DNA of 64,000 nt from Actinomycetota bacterium. GTDB lineage: Bacteria > Actinomycetota > Acidimicrobiia > Spongiisociales > UBA5794. The stretch covers positions 2-64,001 of the forward strand of contig JAADIG010000052.1 of the NCBI GenBank assembly GCA_013151445.1. Reading direction: 5' to 3'. Shown here piece by piece: positions 18,249-28,522 of this stretch (positions are counted from its first letter, which is position 1; every line of letters begins with the position of its first letter). A model generated the notes under the pieces. The model was not told the origin of the DNA. It did not search any database and worked only from the letters and a program-made list of their open reading frames with translations. Both the position numbers and the translations under genes were made by a program.

Positions 18249-19034
18249 TTAACTGCCAGACCGCTCAATCTCCGTGACTCTCCATGGCATGAACCATCGT
18301 TCAAGACCAACCACGACGAGGTAAAGCGCCATCCCCATCAGCGTACCCGCGAGGACCCCGGCCCACGCAGATGAATAGCGTGACAGGGCGGCCTGCTGGA
18401 CAATCAGCTGGCCAAGCGCGGCCTGATCGCCACCGAAGTACTCGGCAACAATTGCTGCAATCACCGCAAGCGATGACGCGATCTTGAGTGAAGTAAAGAG
18501 GTATGGGAGTGCGTTGGGAATCCTGACCTCTTTGAGTGTCTCCCAGGTGCTCGCGGCGAACGATTCCATCAGATCGAGCTGGCCACGATGGACCTCCGTC
18601 AGTCCCCGCACTGAGTTCACAAACACCGGGAAGAACACCAAGAGGACAACGATGCCCTGGTTCGATCGTGGCGAACGAAGACCGAACCAGAAGTTAAAGA
18701 TTGGGGCGAGAGCGATTATGGGAATTGCGTTCACGGCCACTGCGAGCGGCGTCACCGCTTCGCTCACGATCTGGAACCGCGAGACAAGTATGGCAACCAT
18801 GATCCCGAGCAGCGCCCCCGCGATCAGACCAGTCACGGCAATGAACCCAGTGTTGGTGGTGGCCGTGATAATCGTGCTCCACTGCTCAACCACCTTGCCC
18901 GCAATAACGGAGGGACGCGGAAGAACGAAGGCCTTGGGGTTCAGCACGGTCAGCACCAACTCCCACAGGGCAAGACCGCCGACACCGACTACCAGTGGTG
19001 GGGCGATTGCGCGCAGCCTGGCATGGTTCGTCAT
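18249..19034 (-). CDS. ABC transporter permease (SsuC/TauC-like)
   Basis: PIIALAP, FFPVFVN..RGL, VRIPNALPYLF, AIVAEY. Confidence 0.92.
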   Translation of the reverse strand: MTNHARLRAIAPPLVVGVGGLALWELVLTVLNPKAFVLPRPSVIAGKVVEQWSTIITATTNTGFIAVTGLIAGALLGIMVAILVSRFQIVSEAVTPLAVAVNAIPIIALAPIFNFWFGLRSPRSNQGIVVLLVFFPVFVNSVRGLTEVHRGQLDLMESFAASTWETLKEVRIPNALPYLFTSLKIASSLAVIAAIVAEYFGGDQAALGQLIVQQAALSRYSSAWAGVLAGTLMGMALYLVVVGLERWFMPWRVTEIERSGS

Positions 19035-19822
19035 GGCACCTCGACCGCTCGGAGAGCTTCGCGGACCTCGGTGATCTTGTTAAAGAACTCGGGGTCTTCG
19101 CGGGTACCGAACCCACGGGGTCCCAAATCCACATCGATGTCGGCGACTATACGGCCGGGTCGAGGCGACATCACGATCACACGTTGGGCGAGGAACACGG
19201 CTTCGGGGATTGAGTGTGTCACGAACACCACTGACGTTTGTGTGTCCTCCCATATCCGGAGGAGCTCGGCCTGCATATGCTCGCGGGTCATCTCGTCCAG
19301 CGCCCCAAAGGGTTCGTCCATCAGCAGAATCGAGGGCTTGAACGACAGGGCTCGCGCAATCGCGACTCGTTGCTGCATGCCGCCCGAGAGCTGGTTCGGA
19401 TAGTGATCGCCAAAGTCGCTGAGCTGGACAAGATCCAGCATCTCCGCACTACGTTTTGATCGTTGATCCTTGGACCAGCCGAGCAGTTCGAGTGGCAGTT
19501 CGATGTTCCTCGTTACGGTCCGCCAATCGAACAGGCTCGCACTCTGGAAGGCCATCCCGTAGTCCCGGTCGCGGCGAGCCTGATCGGCCGCCTTCCCATT
19601 CACAAATATCTCACCTTCTGTGGCGGGGACCAATCCGGCCATCAGACGGAGCAGGGTCGACTTGCCACAACCCGAGGGTCCGATCAGAGCAACAAACCCA
19701 CCCTGGCGGACCGACAGGTTGATACTTTCGAGAGCTACGACCTGATTCGGTTTGCCACGGCTGAAGATCTTGCTCGCTGCCCTTGCTTCGACGGCCACCG
19801 ATACGGGTGCGGAAGTGCTCAT
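19031..19822 (-). CDS. ABC transporter ATP-binding protein (SsuB/TauB-like)
   Basis: GPSGCGKS, LSGGMQQR, LLMDEPFGALD. Confidence 0.95.
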   Translation of the reverse strand: MSTSAPVSVAVEARAASKIFSRGKPNQVVALESINLSVRQGGFVALIGPSGCGKSTLLRLMAGLVPATEGEIFVNGKAADQARRDRDYGMAFQSASLFDWRTVTRNIELPLELLGWSKDQRSKRSAEMLDLVQLSDFGDHYPNQLSGGMQQRVAIARALSFKPSILLMDEPFGALDEMTREHMQAELLRIWEDTQTSVVFVTHSIPEAVFLAQRVIVMSPRPGRIVADIDVDLGPRGFGTREDPEFFNKITEVREALRAVEVP

Positions 19823-20784
19823 ACGACTGGGTTCTCCTGCGCTCTTCCCCTAAGGGCGTAACGTTCGGCGATCGAGATGAGACCGAAAACGACAATGCCG
19901 AGCACAGCTGCACCGGCGACCGAGGCATAGAGACGTTCGGGACCCGTTGTGTACCGGGATGCGAAGTCGAGGATGAGACGACCGATGCCCCCACCGACAC
20001 CGGAAGAGATCTCGCCGACAATGGCACCGACAATGCTCGCTGATGCGGCGAGCTTCAATGCGGCAAAAAGGTACGGCACCGATGCGGGAAACCGCAGCTT
20101 AAGCAAGGTCTGCGTACGGCTCGCCGCATAGGAGTCCATGAGTTCGATCGATTCGGCGGACGGTGACTGAAGCCCCTTGAGCCCATTCACCGCGACTGGG
20201 AAAAAGGTGAGATAGGTCGCAATGATCGAAACCGACATCCACGCGTTCCACGTAAACGGCAGCCAGCCAAAGTTTGTTTGGCCCCAAATGACGATGATCG
20301 GCGCAATCGCGACCAGTGGGACTGTCTGAGACACTACGACATAGGGCATCAGTCCCCGCTCGATCGTCCGTGAACGCAACATAAGGATGGCCAGCGAGAG
20401 TCCGAGCACTATCCCGGCGACGAAACCAAAAAAGGCCTCACGTGCGGTGAACAGCGATGCCTCGAAGATGAACTGACCAAGCGTCTTGGCGTTTCGGCGC
20501 TGCGGTGGATCATCGAACTCGGATAGGATCGCCGAGATCGGCGGCATGATCAGATCATTGGTTGCTGGCATGACCGACCCAATCACCGGCCAGTCGCGTT
20601 GGGCATCATCGATCGACTGTCCCACGGCCTTGTACCCGCTGTACAGCAGACTCAGAGCGATAACGAAGGCCGCAAAAACCACGACCCTTCGTACGACGTT
20701 TCTCAGGCGAGCGCGGCGTTCGTAACGACGGATCTCGGCGCGCACTACAGCCGCGTCGACCCCTTCGTCCAGACTGTCCACCAC
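19819..20784 (-). CDS. ABC transporter permease
   Basis: SQTVPLVAIAP, FFPVAVNGLKGL, LRFPASVPYLF, AIVGE. Confidence 0.92.
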   Translation of the reverse strand: MVDSLDEGVDAAVVRAEIRRYERRARLRNVVRRVVVFAAFVIALSLLYSGYKAVGQSIDDAQRDWPVIGSVMPATNDLIMPPISAILSEFDDPPQRRNAKTLGQFIFEASLFTAREAFFGFVAGIVLGLSLAILMLRSRTIERGLMPYVVVSQTVPLVAIAPIIVIWGQTNFGWLPFTWNAWMSVSIIATYLTFFPVAVNGLKGLQSPSAESIELMDSYAASRTQTLLKLRFPASVPYLFAALKLAASASIVGAIVGEISSGVGGGIGRLILDFASRYTTGPERLYASVAGAAVLGIVVFGLISIAERYALRGRAQENPVV

Positions 20785-20805
20785 TCGGTCCCTCCCTAGC
20801 GCCGA

Positions 20806-21807
20806 CTAACCATTGATTGCCGGGATGATCTCATCACCATAGGCGCGGAGAGTCTCCTCTTTGCCGTCGTGCTGGAGGTAGATCGAGAACTGGTCGACTC
20901 CCATATCCCGCAGCTCCCGGAGCCGAGCGATATGGTTTTCCACCGGGCCGAGAAGACAGAACCTGTCGATAAGGTCATCGCTCACGAAATCGACATGAGT
21001 GCTCTCGGAGCGACCGTGTTCCTGGTAGTCGTAACCCTTGCGCCCTTCAATGTAGGACGTGAGCTCGGCGGGGATGAGTGCAGTGTCGGTGCCGTATCGA
21101 CCGACGAGGTCCGCAACATGGTTACCGACCATGCCACCGAACCAGCGAACCTGGTCCCTCTGGTGTGCAATGTCATCGCCGACATAGGCGGGTGCCGCAA
21201 CGCACATGTAGAGGTCATCGGGGTTGCGTCCCGCGGATTCGGCAGCATCGCGCACCGCCTGAATCATGTACTTCGTCAGGTACGGATCGGCGAGCTGCAG
21301 GATGAATCCGTCTGCCTTCTGTCCGGTGAGAGCAAGCGTTTTCGGTCCGTACGCCGCCACGAGCATCGGGACTCGAGTTTTCTTCGCCCATGGGAACTGC
21401 ACCGTGACGCCGTTGTACTCGACTTCTTCACCCTGGGCCAGGGCCCTGATGATGTCGATTGACTCACCGAGCTCGGCAAGACGACAGGGTTTCTTGCCAA
21501 TCACCCGCAGCGCTGAGTCACCGCGACCCATGCCAATGACGGTCCGTTCTCCATACATCTCATTGAGCGTCGCAAAGAGGCTCGCGGTGACCGTGATGTC
21601 ACGTGTCCCCGGATTCGTAACCATCGGCCCAACGGTCATGTTTTGTGTTTTGGCGAGCATCTGTGAATAGATGACGAACGGCTCCTGCCAAAGGACGTGA
21701 CTGTCAAACGTCCATGCATAGTTGAAGCCCCTCTTCTCGGCCTCAACCGTCAGGTCGATGACGGCCTGCGCCGGTGGGTCGGTTTGAAAAACTACGCCAA
21801 AATCCAT
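20806..21807 (-). CDS. LLM-class putative F420-dependent oxidoreductase (TIGR03842-like)
   Basis: MDFGVVFQTDPP, WTFDSHVLWQEP, GPMVTNPGTR, GRGDSA, GFILQLADP. Confidence 0.88.
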   Translation of the reverse strand: MDFGVVFQTDPPAQAVIDLTVEAEKRGFNYAWTFDSHVLWQEPFVIYSQMLAKTQNMTVGPMVTNPGTRDITVTASLFATLNEMYGERTVIGMGRGDSALRVIGKKPCRLAELGESIDIIRALAQGEEVEYNGVTVQFPWAKKTRVPMLVAAYGPKTLALTGQKADGFILQLADPYLTKYMIQAVRDAAESAGRNPDDLYMCVAAPAYVGDDIAHQRDQVRWFGGMVGNHVADLVGRYGTDTALIPAELTSYIEGRKGYDYQEHGRSESTHVDFVSDDLIDRFCLLGPVENHIARLRELRDMGVDQFSIYLQHDGKEETLRAYGDEIIPAING

Positions 21808-21818
21808 GCACTTGTCTC

Positions 21819-23306
21819 CTATTCGCTCTGTGGGAAACCGAGATCGATGGTGCTTGATGCAGGGTCGGGCCACCGACTCGTGATGACCTTCGCCTTGGTG
21901 TAGAAGTGGATCCCCTCCGGGCCGTACATGTGAGTGTCACCAAAGAGCGACTCCCCCCATCCGCCGAACGAGAATGATGCAACAGGCACCGGGATGGGAA
22001 CGTTGATGCCAACCATGCCAGCATCAACGTCAATCTGGAACTTGCGAGCAGCACCACCGTCACGGGTAAAGATCGCGGTGCCATTGCCCCAGGCATTCGT
22101 GTTGATCATCTCAAGCGCTTCGTCATAGGAGTCGACACGCACAACACCGAGCACGGGACCGAAGATCTCTTCGTCGTAACATTTCATGCCGGGTTTCACG
22201 TTGTCCAGCAGCGAAGGCGCCAGGAAGAAACCATCACCTTGGACTGGACTGTCACGGCCATCGACGAGCACGGTGGCACCCTCACCGGCGGCCTCAGCAA
22301 CATACGCCTCGACACGATCTCGATGTTCCCGGGTGATAAGCGGACCCATGCCCGACTCGGGGTCCGTTCCGGGACCAACCTTCACCTGCGGGATTCGCCT
22401 CTCGATGGCTTCAACCAGCGGGTCAGCGGCGGAACCGACAGCGACGACCACCGAGATTGCCATGCAACGCTCCCCCGCGGATCCATAACCTGCCGAAACT
22501 GCGGCGTCTGCCGCCACGTCAATATCGGCATCGGGCAGCACCACCATGTGGTTCTTCGCACCACCGAGCGCCTGAACACGTTTTCCACGGGCGGTGCCGG
22601 TCTCGTACACATATCGGGCGATCGGGGTTGAGCCGACAAAGCTGATTGCCTTCACCGTCGGATGCTCAAGCAGCCGATCGACTGCCACCTTGTCACCGTG
22701 GACGACGTTGAACACTCCCTCGGGAAGCCCGGCCTCATGAATCATCTCCGCAAGCAGCATCGTCACCGACGGGTCTTTCTCCGACGGTTTCAACACGAAG
22801 GTGTTCCCCGCCGCAATGGCGTTCGGGAACATCCACAGCGGGACCATGGCTGGGAAGTTAAACGGGGTGATACCAGCGACAACACCAAGGGGCTGGCGGA
22901 CCGTGTACACATCAACACCACGTGACGCCTGTTGCGTGAACTGACCCTGTAGCAGTTGGGCCGCGCCGCATGCGAACTCGATGTTCTCAAGTCCACGGGT
23001 GACCTCGCCCATCGCATCCGAGAGCACCTTGCCGTGTTCTGCGGTGAGCGCTGCGGCGATATCCGCCCGGTTCCGATGCGCTATCTCGCGAAACGCGAAC
23101 AGGACTGCGGTACGTTGGGCAAGTGACGTGTGCCGCCACGACTCGAAGGCCTTCGCAGCGGTGGAAACGGTGCGGTCTATTTCGTCAACCGTTGCGAGAG
23201 GCGTTGCCGCGGTCTGCTCTCCGGTGGCCGGGTTGTAGACCGGACTCGTGCGGTCCGATACCGACTCGACCATCTTCCCGCCAATGAAATGGGTAATTGT
23301 CTTCAC
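21819..23306 (-). CDS. mmsA: CoA-acylating (methyl)malonate-semialdehyde dehydrogenase
   Basis: ITPFNFPAMVPLW, KPSEKDP, FVGSTP, GGAKNH, GSAGERCMA, EEIFGPV; start VKTITHF. Confidence 0.93.
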   Translation of the reverse strand: MKTITHFIGGKMVESVSDRTSPVYNPATGEQTAATPLATVDEIDRTVSTAAKAFESWRHTSLAQRTAVLFAFREIAHRNRADIAAALTAEHGKVLSDAMGEVTRGLENIEFACGAAQLLQGQFTQQASRGVDVYTVRQPLGVVAGITPFNFPAMVPLWMFPNAIAAGNTFVLKPSEKDPSVTMLLAEMIHEAGLPEGVFNVVHGDKVAVDRLLEHPTVKAISFVGSTPIARYVYETGTARGKRVQALGGAKNHMVVLPDADIDVAADAAVSAGYGSAGERCMAISVVVAVGSAADPLVEAIERRIPQVKVGPGTDPESGMGPLITREHRDRVEAYVAEAAGEGATVLVDGRDSPVQGDGFFLAPSLLDNVKPGMKCYDEEIFGPVLGVVRVDSYDEALEMINTNAWGNGTAIFTRDGGAARKFQIDVDAGMVGINVPIPVPVASFSFGGWGESLFGDTHMYGPEGIHFYTKAKVITSRWPDPASSTIDLGFPQSE

Positions 23307-23352
23307 CGAACTGTCCTTTCGAGGGTCACAGGCGTGTTCATCTGCACCGGTG

Positions 23353-24777
23353 TTAGTGAAGTCGAGCGGCGTTGCCGCGACGCAGATAGTTGCCGTCACC
23401 CTTGGCGCCAACGTACTCACCCGACACAACAATCGTCGCACCGCGTAACAACACCTGCTCAACCTTGCCCTGGACATCGAGCCCCTCATACGCTGAGTAG
23501 TCGACATTCATGTGATGTTGGGCGACGGACTTCGTCCAGGTTGCGCCCGGGTCGAAGATGACAATGTCAGCGTCGGAACCGACCGCAATGGTGCCCTTCT
23601 GCGGGTACAGACCGAACAGCTTTGCGGGTGTCGTGCAACACAATTCGATCCACCGATTCAGGTCAAGCCGCCCGTCGACGACCGCACCGTGGTACATCAG
23701 CTGGAATCGGTCCTCAACGCCGGGAAGTCCGTTCGGGATCGCGGTGAAGTCGCCCTCACCAAGACGCTTCTGGGTGCCAAGACTCGGATGATCCTCCATA
23801 CAGAACGGGCAATGGTCAGTTGAGACGACCTGGAGATCGTTGGTCGCCAAACCGGTCCATAGGGCATCCTGGTGACCATCGGCCTGGGCGCGAATCGGGG
23901 TTGAGCACACATATTTGGCCCCCTCGAAACCGGGCTTCGAGAGATGCTCCTCAAGACTGAGCCACAGATACTGTGGACAGGTCTCCGCAAAGACGGGTAG
24001 GCCGCGGTCACGGGCGGCAGCGACCTCAGCCAGCGCTTCTTTGGCCGACAGGTGCACGATGTACAGAGCGGCCCCCGCGAGTTCCGCAAGCGCGATCGCA
24101 CGGTGTGTCGCCTCTGCCTCGGTGATCGCTGGTCGGGTGATGCCGTGATACTTCGGGTCGGTCTCGCCACGCTCGATTGCCTGTTCGCGCAGGACGTCAA
24201 TAGCTATGCCGTTCTCGGCGTGCATCATGATCATGGCACCCGACTCGGCAGCCTTCTGCATGGCCCGCAGTATCTGCCCGTCGTCGGAGTACAAGACACC
24301 CGGATAGGCCATGAACAGCTTGAAACTTGTCACGCCTCGCTCGACGAGCGTGTCCATTTCCCCAAGCGTGTCGGCGTTGATATCACCTGCGATCATGTGG
24401 AACCCGTAGTCAATGGCGCAGTTCCCTGCGGCCTTCGCCATCCAACTGTCGAATCCCGCGATCATCGACTCGCCCTTCACCTGGACCGCAAAATCTACGA
24501 TGGTGGTCGTGCCACCCCATGCGGCGGCGCGGGTCCCCGTCTCGAAGTTGTCCGATGCCACCGTGCCCCCGAACGGAAGCTCCATGTGTGTGTGAACGTC
24601 GATCGAACCTGGTGTTACTAGCTTGCCAGTTGCGTCGATAACCGAATCCACACTCGATTCGAAGTCATGCGACCCTGGCGCAAGGACGGCAACAATCTTT
24701 TCTCCGTCAATGAGCACATCGGCCTTAACCGTGTCAATGGCGGTGACCACAGTCCCGCCTTTGATGAGTGTTTTCAT
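23353..24777 (-). CDS. hydA: Dihydropyrimidinase
   Basis: IDVHTHMELP, GGTTTIVDF, SFKLFMAYPG, HAENG, STDHCPF, IPNGLPGVE. Confidence 0.95.
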   Translation of the reverse strand: MKTLIKGGTVVTAIDTVKADVLIDGEKIVAVLAPGSHDFESSVDSVIDATGKLVTPGSIDVHTHMELPFGGTVASDNFETGTRAAAWGGTTTIVDFAVQVKGESMIAGFDSWMAKAAGNCAIDYGFHMIAGDINADTLGEMDTLVERGVTSFKLFMAYPGVLYSDDGQILRAMQKAAESGAMIMMHAENGIAIDVLREQAIERGETDPKYHGITRPAITEAEATHRAIALAELAGAALYIVHLSAKEALAEVAAARDRGLPVFAETCPQYLWLSLEEHLSKPGFEGAKYVCSTPIRAQADGHQDALWTGLATNDLQVVSTDHCPFCMEDHPSLGTQKRLGEGDFTAIPNGLPGVEDRFQLMYHGAVVDGRLDLNRWIELCCTTPAKLFGLYPQKGTIAVGSDADIVIFDPGATWTKSVAQHHMNVDYSAYEGLDVQGKVEQVLLRGATIVVSGEYVGAKGDGNYLRRGNAARLH

Positions 24778-24799
24778 GTTTTCCTCCAGGTCGTACAGG

Positions 24800-26095
24800 T
24801 TAAGTCTGGTCCACTTCTCGAATAGCGTCGACAAGCGTGGACGCACCAACGTCCATCTCGTCATCGGTGATGCTGAGCGGTGGGGCGATACGGAGTACAT
24901 TGCCGTACAACCCCCCTTTGCCGATGAGCATGCCACGATCCTTGCATGCCTCGAGCAGCGCTGCGGACTTTCCGGGATCCGGTCGGTTCGAATCGACCTC
25001 TACAGTCTCGATGGCGAGCATCAGTCCCTTGCCTCGCAGTTCGGCGATCCATTCGGTCTCGTTTACGACCGGTTCGAGAACTCGACGCAGCCGTTCCCCC
25101 TGCTTGAGACTATTGCCCTGGAGATCGTTGTCTATCAGGTAGTCAAGGTTCGCCAGCGCTCCAGCCGATACGAGGGGGTTGCCGCCGAACGTCGAGATCG
25201 AATTTGCACCCATGGAATCCATGATCTCCGCGGTCGTGACGACGCCGCCAAGGGCGAGTCCGTTTCCGACACCCTTTGCGAACGTCATGATGTCGGGGGT
25301 CATGTTGTGCGCCTGGTAGCCCCACATGTGCTCACCCGTGCGACCCCAGCCAGTCTGAACCTCGTCGGAAATGAATAGGATTCCGTAGCGGTCGAGCACC
25401 TTTTTGAACTCGCCGAAAAAGCCGTCGGGGGGTGTGGCGAATCCACCGACACCCTGGATCGGTTCGGCAATCATGCATGCCACCGTACCCGAGGTCATCA
25501 TGTCGATCACCTGCTCAAGGTCCTCGACACACGCCGCGGTGTAGGCGGCGTCATCAAAATCACGGAAGGGACTCCGCAGCCGATACGGGCCCTGCACAAA
25601 ATTGACCTTCAAGCCGGAGTAGCTGGTCGGTGACCAGGACCGGTGGCTCGTAAGCGACACCGCCGTGAACGATCGGCCGTGATAGCTGTTCCGAATAGCT
25701 AGAACCTCGTTGGAGCCGCGAAACGATGTTGCCAAAAGAATCGCGGCATCATTCGCTTCGGTACCCGACGGCGTAAAGAACACTCGAGCGTCGGGGATAC
25801 CGGACATCTCGGCAATCCGCTCGGCGAGCGTCACCATCTCGTCGGAGAGATAGAGGGTCGACGTATGAAGCATCTTCCCGGCCTGCTCTCTGATCGCCGC
25901 GACGACCTCGGGCACGTTGTAGCCGGTCATCGTGGTGAGGATGCCGCCGAAGAAATCCAGATACTTGTTCCCCTCCAGGTCCCAGACATGGCGCCCTTCA
26001 CCGTGGGAGATCCCGATCGGCTCGTCGTAGTAGAGAGCGAGCCACGATGGCATGACCGCCTTGTGTCGAGCAAGCAACTCGGCGTGTGTCGTCAT
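24800..26095 (-). CDS. Class III aminotransferase (probable beta-alanine transaminase)
   Basis: YLDFFGG, SGTEAND, SYHGR, EPIQGVGG, DEVQTGWGRTG, TFAKG; operon context. Confidence 0.88.
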   Translation of the reverse strand: MTTHAELLARHKAVMPSWLALYYDEPIGISHGEGRHVWDLEGNKYLDFFGGILTTMTGYNVPEVVAAIREQAGKMLHTSTLYLSDEMVTLAERIAEMSGIPDARVFFTPSGTEANDAAILLATSFRGSNEVLAIRNSYHGRSFTAVSLTSHRSWSPTSYSGLKVNFVQGPYRLRSPFRDFDDAAYTAACVEDLEQVIDMMTSGTVACMIAEPIQGVGGFATPPDGFFGEFKKVLDRYGILFISDEVQTGWGRTGEHMWGYQAHNMTPDIMTFAKGVGNGLALGGVVTTAEIMDSMGANSISTFGGNPLVSAGALANLDYLIDNDLQGNSLKQGERLRRVLEPVVNETEWIAELRGKGLMLAIETVEVDSNRPDPGKSAALLEACKDRGMLIGKGGLYGNVLRIAPPLSITDDEMDVGASTLVDAIREVDQT

Positions 26096-26097
26096 GG

Positions 26098-26940
26098 TTA
26101 CCCCTCGGTGAGTGACCCGTAGGCGTCGGGGCGCCGGTCACGATAGAACGCCCACTGGTTGCGGGTCTCCTCGATCAGGTCCATATCGAGGTCCCGCACC
26201 ACGAGCTCGGCCGCCTGATCGGAAGCCGTGCCTTCCACGAACTGTCCACGGGGGTTCGCAAAATACGATGTCCCGTAGAAATCGTTGTCCCCGAGCGGTT
26301 CGATGCCTACCCGATTGATTGCACCCACGTAGTACATGTTCGCCGCGGCCGATGCTGTCTGCTCAAGTTGCCAGAGGTACGAGGACAGGCCGCGGCTCGT
26401 CGCCGATGGGTTGAACACGATCTCTGCGCCCGCAAGCCCAAGGGCTCGCCATCCTTCCGGGAAATGGCGGTCGTAACAAATGTAGACACCGACCTTGCCA
26501 ACGGCGGTTTCGAAGATGGGATAACCGAGGTTCCCAGGACGGAAGTAGAACTTTTCCCAGAATCCCTTGACCTGGGGAATGTGCGTCTTGCGATACTTGC
26601 CGAGGTAGGTGCCATCGGCGTCGATCACGGCGGCGGTGTTGTAGAGAAACCCCGGCTTTTCGAGCTCGTACATTGGCAACACGAGCACCATGTTGAGCTC
26701 CTTGGCGAGAGCCTGGAATCGTTTTGTAATCGGACCATCCGGGATCGCTTCGGCGTACCCGTAGTACTCGGTGTCCTGCACCTGGCAGAAGTATGGACCG
26801 TAAAACAGCTCCTGAAAACACATTACCTGGGCGCCGTCAGCAGCGGCATCGCGGGCGTACTGTTCGTGAAGATCGATCATGGACTCTTTGTCACCGGTCC
26901 ACTCGGTTTGCAGGATTGCTGCGCGTACGACTCTGCTCAT
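26098..26940 (-). CDS. Nitrilase-family hydrolase (probable beta-ureidopropionase)
   Basis: QELF, YRKTHIP, ICYDRHFPEGWR (E-K-C triad); first gene of the operon. Confidence 0.9.
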   Translation of the reverse strand: MSRVVRAAILQTEWTGDKESMIDLHEQYARDAAADGAQVMCFQELFYGPYFCQVQDTEYYGYAEAIPDGPITKRFQALAKELNMVLVLPMYELEKPGFLYNTAAVIDADGTYLGKYRKTHIPQVKGFWEKFYFRPGNLGYPIFETAVGKVGVYICYDRHFPEGWRALGLAGAEIVFNPSATSRGLSSYLWQLEQTASAAANMYYVGAINRVGIEPLGDNDFYGTSYFANPRGQFVEGTASDQAAELVVRDLDMDLIEETRNQWAFYRDRRPDAYGSLTEG

Positions 26941-27020
26941 TTGCTCCATCCCATTCCGTGAGACACACATCGGCGACCGACCACCCGTCGGCTTGCACCG
27001 ACTATATGCACCAGACTACG

Positions 27021-27051
27021 TTGACACAACTAACTCTTTGTTACACACAAA
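27021..27051. promoter_or_regulatory. Candidate operator/promoter between the operon and the MocR gene
   Basis: TTGACA at 27021-27026 and inverted repeat TTTGT-N5-ACAAA at 27037-27051. Confidence 0.4.
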
Positions 27052-27059
27052 AGACCTTC

Positions 27060-28391
27060 ATGATCGTACATCTGGCAGCCTCCACCACCGACCGCACCGC
27101 TCACGGTATCGCCCAGGCGATAGGATCCCTCGTCGCCGACGGAACCGTGAGTGTTGGTGAGCGGCTCCCGACCGTTCGCGAGGTGGCCAGGGTCATGGGA
27201 GTGAGCCCGACCACTGTGTCCGAAGCATGGCAGACCCTGCAACGCCATGGGATTATCGAGACTCAACGCCGACGCGGGACGTTTGTGTCGGAAAGGTCGG
27301 GGGCGATGGCGTCGCGTTTCTGGCAGGTACCGGTCGCCCGCGGTCGTTACGAGATTGACCTTTCCACCGGTACACCCGATCCGGACCTCCTCCCCGACCC
27401 GGCGGCTTTCTTTGGCGCGATGGGTCGTGCCCCTCGTATGACCTCGTACCTGGATCGCCCGGTTCTCGTCGGTCTCGAGGAACAGCTTCGCAGTACGTGG
27501 CCGTTCGATCCCGAATACATCACGGTTGTAAACGGGGCACTTGATGCTCTCGATAGGGTCATCGCGACCGCGATCCCGTTTGCCAGCAAGGTGATCGTTT
27601 CGGATCCGACATTCCCCCCGATCCTCGACATGCTGGACCTCGTCGGGGCGACGGCGATCGGCGTGGCGATCGACGAGGAAGGCCTCGACCCTGGCGCCGT
27701 TGCAGAGGCTCTCCACAGGAACGATGTTGCGGCAATCATTGTTCAACCCCGGGCGCATAACCCAACCGGCGCTTCATGGTCACGTACTCGCACGGCCGAA
27801 CTCGCCAGCGTCCTGGGGCCAACGTCACTCGTTATCGTCGAAGACGACCATTCGGGCCCCGTGTCTGGTGCCGAACTCCACAGCCTGGGAACATACCTCC
27901 CCGGTCGTGTCACCCACATTCGAAGTTTTTCCAAGTCACATGGGCCCGACTTCCGTCTCGCCGCCATCGGTGGCCCCGCAGACCCGGTCATGAGTCTCAT
28001 CCGGCGCCGCCGTCTCGGCCCTTCCTGGACGAGTCGGTTGCTCCAGCAGCTGTTGCTCGACATGCTCCGATCTCCCAAGGTCGGCGCGGAGGTGGAACAT
28101 GCAGCTCAGATTTATCGGCAGCGGTGGGTCACAATGTATGACTCGCTCTCGGAACGTGGCGTGTCGGTACGAACCGGGAGCGGGCTCAATATGTGGGTGC
28201 CGGTACGCGACGAGACCGTCGCAACAGTTTCGCTCGCTGCCAACGGGATCGGCGTTGCACCGGGTCGCCCGTTTTGTATCGCGGCCGGCGGCGCCCCCCA
28301 CGTGCGGATCACGACAAGCGTGATCGCAACCGAGCCTTCGGTCGTTGCGAACAAGATTGCTGACGCTGCGCTGCTCGATCCGCGGGCATGA
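27060..28391 (+). CDS. MocR/GabR-type regulator (GntR HTH plus PLP aminotransferase domain)
   Basis: GERLPTVREVA..GVSPTTV..RRRGTFV; PRAHNPTG, EDDH, IRSFSKS. Confidence 0.92.
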   Translation: MIVHLAASTTDRTAHGIAQAIGSLVADGTVSVGERLPTVREVARVMGVSPTTVSEAWQTLQRHGIIETQRRRGTFVSERSGAMASRFWQVPVARGRYEIDLSTGTPDPDLLPDPAAFFGAMGRAPRMTSYLDRPVLVGLEEQLRSTWPFDPEYITVVNGALDALDRVIATAIPFASKVIVSDPTFPPILDMLDLVGATAIGVAIDEEGLDPGAVAEALHRNDVAAIIVQPRAHNPTGASWSRTRTAELASVLGPTSLVIVEDDHSGPVSGAELHSLGTYLPGRVTHIRSFSKSHGPDFRLAAIGGPADPVMSLIRRRRLGPSWTSRLLQQLLLDMLRSPKVGAEVEHAAQIYRQRWVTMYDSLSERGVSVRTGSGLNMWVPVRDETVATVSLAANGIGVAPGRPFCIAAGGAPHVRITTSVIATEPSVVANKIADAALLDPRA

Positions 28392-28415
28392 CCGGACGAT
28401 CCCCGGCTGCTCGCT

Positions 28416-28442
28416 TCAGGTAAGAATCCATTTGGCCGATAC
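28416..28442 (+). promoter_or_regulatory. sigma28/WhiG-like promoter candidate
   Basis: TCAG-N15-GCCGATAC in the intergenic region. Confidence 0.5.
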
Positions 28443-28522
28443 TGATGCCAGGCCACGGATCGGTAACTCCCCGCCGGATCCGGGCTGCACACGAGACCGC
28501 CGACGCAGGACATCACGACCCC

